A stretch of DNA of 16,736 bases from a bacterium (GTDB lineage: Bacteria > Desulfobacterota > DSWW01). The position numbers and the translations under genes were made by a program. Position 1 is the stretch's first letter. The number at the start of each line of letters is the position of its first letter. The notes under the pieces were generated by a model. That model was not told the DNA's origin and did no database searches. It was given only the letters and a program-made list of their open reading frames with translations. This document shows, one piece after another, positions 8,518 to 15,324 of this stretch. Location: positions 1 to 16,736 of the forward strand of contig JBFLZG010000036.1 in the NCBI GenBank assembly GCA_040756235.1. Direction: 5' to 3'.

Positions 8518-8636
8518 TCAGATCTCCTGGCAACCTTGTAAGCTTCGCAGAAGGCATGGATGAGGCGGCGCGAGCCCACGCAGTCGCCGATCTTGTAAAC
8601 CTCCTTCACCTTGCCCTTGAGCTCACGGTACAACCT
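8518..8636 (-). pseudogene. C-terminal remnant of an FAD/NAD(P)-dependent flavin oxidoreductase (old-yellow-enzyme / 2,4-dienoyl-CoA reductase / TMADH-like)
   Basis: Translates as RLYRELKGKVKEVYKIGDCVGSRRLIHAFCEAYKVAR, matching the typical IGDC..PR.I..A..EG...A terminus of this family. Adding one G in GCCAGGAGATCTGA gives VAREI-stop. The 5' part is absent and is cut at CTAG 8635-8638. Confidence 0.7.
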
Positions 8637-8915
8637 AGCACTGCTCTTTGCCCACAAGTCGGCCATCAGGGACGCAACGCAAATCCAGCTCGCAACCGTC
8701 ATTCGGGAGGACCAGGGAGCGGACAGCCGCGGTTTCCTCAGTTCCGTCACCCCGGCGCAGGCCGGGGTCCAGTCCCCGCTCCGCGTGATGACACCTGCGT
8801 TCCCTTGTGCAGACTTCTGGATCCCGGCTCGCACACGCTACGCGGCGGGGCCGGGATGACGGACTGAGTCAGTGTGATCTTTCAGATTTGACTTGTGGGT
8901 AATGCGCAGGCCTAG
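8635..8915. mobile_element. 281-bp MITE-like non-autonomous element bounded by CTAG, with 26-bp imperfect terminal inverted repeats
   Basis: The left end (8635-8660) is CTAGCACTGCTCTTTGCCCACAAGTC. The reverse complement of the right end (8890-8915) is CTAGGCCTGCGCATTACCCACAAGTC, giving 21/26 identity. No transposase is encoded. The left end coincides with the truncation of the oxidoreductase stub. Confidence 0.75.
8737..8868. repeat. Inverted REP-like doublet nested inside the MITE-like element
   Basis: Unit 1 is CTCAGTTCCGTCACCCCGGC-GCAG-GCCGGGGTCCAG (8737-8772). Unit 2 is inverted: CTGGATCCCGGC...GCCGGGATGACGGACTGAG (8817-8868). Each unit is itself a hairpin of the GTCA(T/C)CCCG...CGGG(A/G)TCCAG type. 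Confidence 0.75.
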
Positions 8916-8938
8916 CACCGGCAAAGCCGGTGGGTTTT
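8916..8938. terminator. GC-rich hairpin with a T tail on one side only; terminator-like, apparently clipped by the adjacent element
   Basis: CACCGGC-AAA-GCCGGTG (8916-8932) followed by GGTTTT, directly abutting CTAG 8912-8915. Confidence 0.45.
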
Positions 8939-8977
8939 GCACGCGACCAAACCTGGCAAATCGCCCGCTGATTCCGA

Positions 8978-9155
8978 TCACCCTGTCACCAAAGAACTCA
9001 TGAAGGGCTCCAGCATCATGTCCCTGTATCCCTTGCCTTGCGGAATGACGGGATAGACGCTCTCTTCCCTGTCGGAAACCACCTCCAAGAAGCACGGACC
9101 GTCGGCTGCGAGGAATTCATCCATGGCCACTTCGAGTTCATCGTACTTCGTTACC
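8978..9155 (-). pseudogene. C-terminal remnant of an acetolactate synthase large subunit-like (TPP-binding) enzyme
   Basis: VTKYDELEVAMDEFLAADGPCFLEVVSDREESVYPVIPQGKGYRDMMLEPF resembles the IlvB/IlvI C-terminus (EL..A...L..DGP.LLEV..D.EE.V.P.IP.G). The rest of the gene is missing. Confidence 0.65.
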
Positions 9156-9283
9156 CCGTACTTATCCGCGATCTCCTTGAGATAGACCGCTGTCCGGAGC
9201 CCTTTCACGGTTCCATCGGAAATCATGAGGAGCGTGCTCACCGCGTCGACGACCCGCCGGTTGATCTGCTCGATGCCGGCTTC
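9156..9283 (-). pseudogene. Internal fragment of a CooC/AcsF-type (MinD/ParA family) nickel-insertion ATPase
   Basis: Extending ORF 8978..9241 upstream in frame gives EAGIEQINRRVVDAVSTLLMISDGTVKGLRTAVYLKEIADKYG, matching the CooC segment EAG.E...R......D.LL..SD.....L.TA..I.E.A. No P-loop is present, and an in-frame stop lies a few codons upstream. Confidence 0.65.
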
Positions 9284-9316
9284 ACTCCTCCTGTTCAGGG
9301 TTCGTCCTTACCCTTT

Positions 9317-10180
9317 CTAGAACTTGTAGCTCTGCTCAAGAGACGTGTAGACGTCCACGCCGAGCAGCTTGTTGAGGGAGCCGAAGATCCTCATGAACCC
9401 TTCTCCCTCGAGGGCCGGCGTTCGACCGGTGCCCCGCAAGGCGCGCAGGGCCTCTTGGATGGAGAGCACCGCCGCACCGAGGCAGACGGCCGGAAAGACG
9501 GCGATGGAGTAGCCGAGCTTCTGGATCTCGGCCGGTCCCAGAGGGGGGGTGAGGGGCCCAAAGTTGATCATGGAGGGCGCCTCGGGGCACTCCCTGGGAA
9601 CCCGCTCGATCTGCTCCATTGTGGACTGACCGTCGGCGAAGACCACGTCCGCGCCCGCCGCGGCATAGGTGTGGAGACGCTCGATCGCCGAATCCAGCCC
9701 TTCCATCGCAATGGCGTCAGTGCGGGCGATGATGATGAAATCCTCAGAGAGCCTGGCGTCCACGGCGGCCCGGATCTTGGCCGCCATCTCCTCCTTCGAG
9801 ATCACCCGCTTGCCTTTCATGTGCCCGCAGCGCTTGGGCCAGACCTGGTCCTCCATGTGCAGCGCGGCGCAGCCTGCCCGCTCGAAGTCCCGCACCGTCC
9901 GGACCACGTTGATCGGGTTGCCGTAGCCGGTGTCAGCGTCGGCAATGAGGGGCAGCTTCACCGCCTCCGCGAGCAAGCGGGCGTTGGCCAGCATCTCGCT
10001 CATCGTCACGAGGCCCAGGTCGGGATATCCGTACAGGAACGCGGCGGTGCAGTACCCGCTCAGGTGGACGCAGTTGAAGCCAGCCTCCTCGACGAGCTTG
10101 GCCGTCAGGGCGCTGAAGGCTCCCGGCGCCACGACGAGCTCCTTCCTGGAGATCAATTCCCGCAGCTTCTTCCCACTCAT
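9317..10180 (-). CDS. Isocitrate lyase / PEP mutase family C-C lyase (2-methylisocitrate lyase / 2,3-dimethylmalate lyase-like), about 287 aa
   Basis: Motifs APGAFSALTAKLVEEAGF, HLSGY, GYPDLG, PLIADADTGYG, HMEDQVWPKRCGH (catalytic Cys loop), IIARTDA and AGADVVF. ATG 10180 has an AAGGAG RBS. Confidence 0.92.
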   Translation of the reverse strand: MSGKKLRELISRKELVVAPGAFSALTAKLVEEAGFNCVHLSGYCTAAFLYGYPDLGLVTMSEMLANARLLAEAVKLPLIADADTGYGNPINVVRTVRDFERAGCAALHMEDQVWPKRCGHMKGKRVISKEEMAAKIRAAVDARLSEDFIIIARTDAIAMEGLDSAIERLHTYAAAGADVVFADGQSTMEQIERVPRECPEAPSMINFGPLTPPLGPAEIQKLGYSIAVFPAVCLGAAVLSIQEALRALRGTGRTPALEGEGFMRIFGSLNKLLGVDVYTSLEQSYKF

Positions 10181-10232
10181 TCTCCTTCTCCCTTCCGCTC
10201 TCGGGGTCGTTGTCAAGCCAACCGCGGACCCG

Positions 10233-11360
10233 TCATTTCCTGGAAAGCTCGTAGGTCTTACCCGTCTCGATCACGGCTCTCAGGTTTTCCGGCTTGATCT
10301 GATAGGGGACACTACACCCAACGTTCAGGATGAGTCCGCCGTCGTCACCGACCTCGTCGATCAGCCTTTTACAGTAGGCCTCAACCTCCACTGATTTTCC
10401 GAGGGACAACAACGTTGGGTGAACGTCGCCGCCGATGCACAGATGGCCTCTGAGGACCTCCTTCGCCGCGAAGATGTCCGTTGTTCCGTCGAGGTCGACA
10501 ATGGCGGATCCCTTCGGCAACTGCTTGAAATAAGGGATGTTCTTGTCCCAGCACTGGTCGAGATGAAAGAGGGTGACGATTCCTTCGGACCACAATGCGT
10601 CCACGATTTCCAAAGTATAAGGCCACCAGAAACGCTCGAACACTCTCAGGGGATAGAAGAAGCTGCCGGCCCTCTCCTCGGCCAGAGTGACGATCTTGCT
10701 GCCTATCAACTTGCTCAATGCAACGGTCAACTCGATACATTGTGGGACGATGGCCTTCAATGCCCGTTCCACGCACTCGGGCCTGTAATACAAATCCTCG
10801 GTGAATTTCACCATGGATCGGGTCAAGGACATCCAGAAGAAGGGATGAATATTCAACGGGGCTCCGTATGGGACGGCTCCACGCTTTCTCACTTCATCGA
10901 CGAATCGGATCAAGAGCCGGAGCGATCTGTTTCCCATCTCCGCCACCTCTTCGGGCGTTTTCATGTCCGACACTCGGGAGACGAGATGCTCGTTGACGAA
11001 CCTTGTATAGCCAAGCTCTACGAGTCGCTCATACTCGTCTGCGCCCCAGACTTCTCCCTCGAGCACTTGATTCTCCGGCGAGTCCTCACTCGGGAATCTC
11101 GCCTTGATTCCGATCAGATGGTAGATATCGGGGGGAAGGACCGGGATGAGGCCGTCCCATCCTCCGAATTCATCGAAAGCCCTGAGCACAGCATCGAGCT
11201 GTGCATCGAAGCCCTGGGCAGCGAGCTCCCATGACTTGAGGCCAAGGAGCCTCGCCGCCGGTGCGCTATCGAGGCAGAAGGCAATCGGGACACGATCCGG
11301 CTTCTCCAGCCCGATCGCAGCCATCATTCTCTCTTCAGAGCTCATCGTCTCATGTTCCAC
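10233..11360 (-). CDS. Uroporphyrinogen-decarboxylase-fold protein, probable corrinoid-dependent methyltransferase
   Basis: N-terminal SSEERMMAAIGLEKPDRVP and C-terminal FERFWWPY, LFHLD, TDIFAAKEVL.GHLCIGGDV, VEAYCKRLIDEVG..GGLILNVGCSVP, KPENLRAVIE are typical of the URO-D/MtaA-like family. It lies directly downstream of a corrinoid protein gene. Confidence 0.85.
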   Translation of the reverse strand: MEHETMSSEERMMAAIGLEKPDRVPIAFCLDSAPAARLLGLKSWELAAQGFDAQLDAVLRAFDEFGGWDGLIPVLPPDIYHLIGIKARFPSEDSPENQVLEGEVWGADEYERLVELGYTRFVNEHLVSRVSDMKTPEEVAEMGNRSLRLLIRFVDEVRKRGAVPYGAPLNIHPFFWMSLTRSMVKFTEDLYYRPECVERALKAIVPQCIELTVALSKLIGSKIVTLAEERAGSFFYPLRVFERFWWPYTLEIVDALWSEGIVTLFHLDQCWDKNIPYFKQLPKGSAIVDLDGTTDIFAAKEVLRGHLCIGGDVHPTLLSLGKSVEVEAYCKRLIDEVGDDGGLILNVGCSVPYQIKPENLRAVIETGKTYELSRK

Positions 11361-11363
11361 TCT

Positions 11364-11996
11364 TCACCCTCCCCTTATCGTTGTCAGGCAGTACGCAATG
11401 CCTTCCATCGCATCCGTGGTCTGGAAATCGGCCCCGATGTGGTCTTTTACCATGGAGGTGGTCACGCCTCCTCCAACCATGAGCTTCAGTCTTCCCCTGA
11501 GGCCCGATTCCACAAGCAGCTCCGATGCCTCTTTCATTGGCGGGAATGCAGACGTGATCAGCGCAGAGAAACCCACGAACTGTGGGTTGACTTCCTTTAC
11601 TTTTTCCACCACTCGTCTGGGCGGAACGTCCACCCCCAGGTCATAGACCTCAAACCCCTGGGCACGCAACAGCGTCGCTACAATGTTCTTCCCAAGGTCA
11701 TGGATGTCACCCTTCAGCGTGGCCAGTACCACTCTGCCGAGCGGCTCTGGCGGTCGCACCTTGTCCATATAGGGATTGAGAATCGTCACCAATTCCTTGA
11801 AGATCTCAGCGGCGAGCATCATTTCCGCCAGGAAAAACTCCCCGGACTGAAACCGATCTCCAACCAGCGCCATTCCGCGCCGGCATTCGCTCAGGATCGC
11901 CAGGGGATCATCCCCGCCCTCGGCCCTTGTCTTGACTCCCGTCAGCACGGCCTCTCTCTTGAGCTCAACGAGAGCCATCGTCAGGTCATCATGCAT
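11364..11996 (-). CDS. Cobalamin-binding (corrinoid) protein of methyltransferase systems, about 210 aa
   Basis: B12 cap domain (GMALVGDRFQSGEFFLAEMMLAAEIF) followed by DxHxxG (GDIHDLGKNIV), SxL (GFSAL) and GGG (MVGGG) motifs. ATG 11996 has a GGAGG RBS. Confidence 0.93.
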   Translation of the reverse strand: MHDDLTMALVELKREAVLTGVKTRAEGGDDPLAILSECRRGMALVGDRFQSGEFFLAEMMLAAEIFKELVTILNPYMDKVRPPEPLGRVVLATLKGDIHDLGKNIVATLLRAQGFEVYDLGVDVPPRRVVEKVKEVNPQFVGFSALITSAFPPMKEASELLVESGLRGRLKLMVGGGVTTSMVKDHIGADFQTTDAMEGIAYCLTTIRGG

Positions 11997-12182
11997 GCCT
12001 CGTCCTCCCCTTTCCTTTGCGTTCATTCGTCCGCTAGCGTACGGCCGACCCTGTCCTCCCCACCGCATTTCTCACCGCCGCGATGACTCTTATTCCGCAC
12101 CGCATCCGGTTCTCCAGACTTCCACGCAAGCGGTCCTTGCCGATGTTCGTCGGTTGTCACCGACCCACCGTCTCTCCGGCTC

Positions 12183-13004
12183 TCAGGGGGATTGCAGCCG
12201 CACTCTTCTTCTGAAGACACCGACCAGCTTACGCTGCCACCACTCGTTCCAGCCCGGATGGATCCGGTAGATCCACCAGGGGAACAAGTCGTAGAAAGGA
12301 TAAGCAATGACCCCTTTGTTCTTCCTCACCCCCTTAAGGATCTTCAATGCGGCCTTCTTCGCGCCCAGCTCTTTGTAGATCATGGCGTTAAAAGCATTCC
12401 GATCCCCATTGAAAATGGTGTAGCTCGCCCTGACCTCCGTCTTGACCGAGCCGGGACAGGCTACGCTGATCTTCACTCCCAGACCGGCGGCTTCAGGTCT
12501 CAGCGAGAGTGAAAGCCCGAGAACCGCATGCTTTACGGCGGCATATCCGGTGGAGAGAGCAAATGGGAACAGCCCGAACAGAGAAGAGACATTTACAATG
12601 TGACCATGGCCCTGTTGCATCATCACTCGATAGGCGCAGGTTGTCCCATAGACCACACTCATGAGATCGCTGTCTATAAAATGGCGCCAGTCGTCGTACC
12701 TCATGTCTCTGAACTCGCCGAACATGATCACGCCAGCGTTGTTGAACATGTAATCCAAGGGGCCGTCCGACGCCACCGTACTCACAAGCCTCCCCATGGC
12801 ATCGGGATCCCTAACATCCGTTACCATGGATGATGCGCTTCCCCCGCCACGGCTAATGATGGAAACGGTTTCCGCGATGTTCTCCGCACGTCGCCCGGCA
12901 ACACAAACCTTCGCCCCTGCTTTGGCTAGCTCAATGCACAGCTCACGCCCAATACCGGAGCCACCGCCAGTCACAATTGCAGTCTTCCCTGAAAAACACT
13001 CCAT
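12183..13004 (-). CDS. Short-chain dehydrogenase/reductase (classical SDR)
   Basis: TGGGSGIG Rossmann motif, NNAG, NVSS and catalytic YAAVK. The start is ATG 13004 (GGAGG upstream) or 13025. Confidence 0.92.
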   Translation of the reverse strand: MECFSGKTAIVTGGGSGIGRELCIELAKAGAKVCVAGRRAENIAETVSIISRGGGSASSMVTDVRDPDAMGRLVSTVASDGPLDYMFNNAGVIMFGEFRDMRYDDWRHFIDSDLMSVVYGTTCAYRVMMQQGHGHIVNVSSLFGLFPFALSTGYAAVKHAVLGLSLSLRPEAAGLGVKISVACPGSVKTEVRASYTIFNGDRNAFNAMIYKELGAKKAALKILKGVRKNKGVIAYPFYDLFPWWIYRIHPGWNEWWQRKLVGVFRRRVRLQSP

Positions 13005-13156
13005 CTCCTCCCTCCTCTCCTCCATCTCTTCTTCTTGGCGAAAAGTTAGCCGCCGTCAGTTGAGGGCATACGACTACCTTGTCCAACGTCCAGCCTCTTC
13101 CCAAGACACCTCCTTGCACACTGCACTACCTTGAATCTCCTCAACCACCGGCACAA

Positions 13157-13951
13157 TCATCCGCCGTTCCCTCCAATTCCTCGAGCTATCATCGCAGCAC
13201 CTAAGGCACCGATAATGTCGGGATGTCGCGGCACGTGCACCTTACCACCCAAAGCCTGACTCACAGCCCGCACGACTCCCTCATTATTCGCCACCCCACC
13301 GGACATTGCGATGACCGTACGCTCGGGTTCGCTGCATACACGCTTGACCAGTGACGAGATCCGCACAGCGATGGACCTGTTCAATCCGTGAACGATCTCG
13401 TTTACGGCAACGCCATCCGCAACCAGCGATACCACCTCACTCTTTGCGAAAACCGCACACACACTGCTCAAAGTCAGATTCCTTCCGGCTCCGCGATCCA
13501 GTGTGCTCAGCGTCTGAACGTCCACCTGGAGCGCACCCGCCATGCTCTCCAAAAAATAACCGGTGCCCGCCGCGCATCTGTCGTTCATGACAAAATCTAC
13601 AACACGTCCGCTTGGATCCACACGGATCACCTTGCTGTCCTGGCCGCCGATGTCGATCAACAAGCGGGCATCCTTCAGTGCTTGGTGGATGCCCAGCGCA
13701 TGACATCGAATTTCCGTGACTGCCGCCACACGGCCACCAACGCGCTCCCTGCCGTACCCTGTGGACACAAGCCCGCAGATACGGTCCTCCGCAATACCCG
13801 CCGCATCGATGACCTCTCTCTTTGCCCGCTCCACCGCATCCAGACTTCTTGCCCCGGTCGGCACGACAGACGAGGACAGAATGCCTCCCGCCGCATCGAT
13901 CAAGACCGCATCACAGGTCGCGCTGCCAATGTCCACACCCAGGAAATACAT
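13157..13951 (-). CDS. Acyl-CoA dehydratase activase / ASKHA-type [4Fe-4S] ATPase (HgdC/BadG/BcrA-D family), about 264 aa
   Basis: Motifs LGVDIGS, STGYGR, TEIRCHALG, IDIGGQDSKVI, MNDRCAAGTG, SSVCAVFA, MSGGVANN and IGALGAA. Both cluster-ligating Cys motifs are present. Start reassigned to ATG 13951. Confidence 0.92.
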   Translation of the reverse strand: MYFLGVDIGSATCDAVLIDAAGGILSSSVVPTGARSLDAVERAKREVIDAAGIAEDRICGLVSTGYGRERVGGRVAAVTEIRCHALGIHQALKDARLLIDIGGQDSKVIRVDPSGRVVDFVMNDRCAAGTGYFLESMAGALQVDVQTLSTLDRGAGRNLTLSSVCAVFAKSEVVSLVADGVAVNEIVHGLNRSIAVRISSLVKRVCSEPERTVIAMSGGVANNEGVVRAVSQALGGKVHVPRHPDIIGALGAAMIARGIGGNGG

Positions 13952-14070
13952 CGATCGTTTCCGTCCTTCATCCACATGGGCCCCAGCCTGCATTCTCTTC
14001 CCGTCTGCGCCGGGCCGCATCACCGTCTCGCCAGGACGGTCAGTTCGTCGATCATTCAGCGCCGGTGGTC

Positions 14071-15324
14071 TCACACGTATACTTCCAGAAAGCGCGAGAA
14101 TTTTTCCTTGACCGCATCGCTGGATACAACCCGCGCATCCCACGGACTGACTTCAAAACAAAGCACCGGCAGTCCCGTGGCGTCCTTGATCATATCCGTG
14201 GCCAGCTTCGCCGTAGCCCAGTGATATTTGCACCCTGTATTTCCCGCAAAGACAATGGCATCCGCTCGGTAGGTCTCAGCCATATCTATCGACTGCTTCA
14301 CAAAAGCGTCCACATTCCGACGTCCGTTTCTCGGCATCGGGTAATTCATCGTTCTCATCGCCAACCCCTCGAACATTCTGTCTTCGTTGCTGGTATCAAT
14401 CGGCTCCAAATCACCTATACCTATGAGACACGCGACGGATACCGCACCGTACTCCCTTTCCAGCCAGTCATAGATGGACAAATCGAAATCGATGTTGTTC
14501 GCGATCCATACCAGCCGGACTTTTTCATCCGCTACAGCTTTTTCTCCCCTTTCGATCCTTCCTTGCACCCAGGCATACTGCTCCTTGTACCACTGCAGGA
14601 CCTCCGGAACCCCAGGCAAGCCGAAATTCGCATACCCGTGCAAGATATGCGCAATGCTCGGTGTCGGACAGGGGACAATCCTCTGAAATTCGAGCAACTT
14701 TCTCTGATATTCCAGGGCCTCGTTAGAGCGCTCTATGTGCTGTCGGAGTCGCTCCATCTCCAATTTCGTATGTAACGTCCCTTCTACGAAACCGACCATC
14801 TCCCTGCACTGGCTCGCCAAGTACCTGATACTTCTCGCATCCTGATACGCGGGCACATCCACGCTGAAAAACGGGATATGTTTCAGGTAATGAGCCATTT
14901 TTGAATACTCGGTGAGACCTGCATCACAAGGATTCACTGCATAAACCACCAGCTCCGGCAAGGCTGTATCGCCGGACATGGCCAGGCCGAGAGGAAATCT
15001 GTTCAAGGAGCATATGTGATCCTGCATGCTGTCCGTAGGCAAATCCATATACTTTTCCGCCGTACCGACCATGGACATGACCGCAGCAATATACTCGGGA
15101 GACACCGCGGTGATGTCCATTGCCAGCAGCGGCTCGTTGGGTACCGTACCAAGAAAGTACCATACCAGCGGCCACCTTTTCTCAAGGCCTTCGACCGCGA
15201 GTCTGAAATACGTAACCAATGGCTCGAAGAACACCTCCGTTCCCGGCGACTCCTTCCGTGTATGCTCATACATGCCTTTCACTGTCTCATAGTTCTTGAC
15301 GATGACATCTTCTTCAACTTTCAT
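14071..15324 (-). CDS. 2-hydroxyacyl-CoA dehydratase family subunit (HgdA/FldB/BcrB-like, Fe-S), 417 aa
   Basis: Motifs P.E.LLAMDI...PE, DHICS, NPCD, DVP, YLASQCREMVGFVE, EKVRLVW, Y.ADAIVF..NTGCK and GLPVLCFE....D.R. Its start overlaps the stop of the upstream subunit (ATGA). Confidence 0.85.
   Translation of the reverse strand: MKVEEDVIVKNYETVKGMYEHTRKESPGTEVFFEPLVTYFRLAVEGLEKRWPLVWYFLGTVPNEPLLAMDITAVSPEYIAAVMSMVGTAEKYMDLPTDSMQDHICSLNRFPLGLAMSGDTALPELVVYAVNPCDAGLTEYSKMAHYLKHIPFFSVDVPAYQDARSIRYLASQCREMVGFVEGTLHTKLEMERLRQHIERSNEALEYQRKLLEFQRIVPCPTPSIAHILHGYANFGLPGVPEVLQWYKEQYAWVQGRIERGEKAVADEKVRLVWIANNIDFDLSIYDWLEREYGAVSVACLIGIGDLEPIDTSNEDRMFEGLAMRTMNYPMPRNGRRNVDAFVKQSIDMAETYRADAIVFAGNTGCKYHWATAKLATDMIKDATGLPVLCFEVSPWDARVVSSDAVKEKFSRFLEVYV

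Noticed and set aside
7914..8834. 306-aa ORF on the - strand as a real gene
   Set aside because: It is a composite of MITE sequence, the flavoenzyme stub and an off-frame read through etfA.
9317..10180. Assigning prpB
   Set aside because: No prpC, prpD or acnD is nearby, and family motifs cannot separate PrpB from dimethylmalate lyase and related enzymes.
10233..11360. Calling this gene hemE (true uroporphyrinogen decarboxylase)
   Set aside because: It lacks the N-terminal RQAGR motif of HemE and is paired with a corrinoid protein.
11997..12182. Possible cobalamin riboswitch upstream of the corrinoid protein gene
   Set aside because: No B12-box or other conserved core motifs are visible, only a 6-bp hairpin (12149-12164). 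An Rfam/Infernal scan would be decisive.
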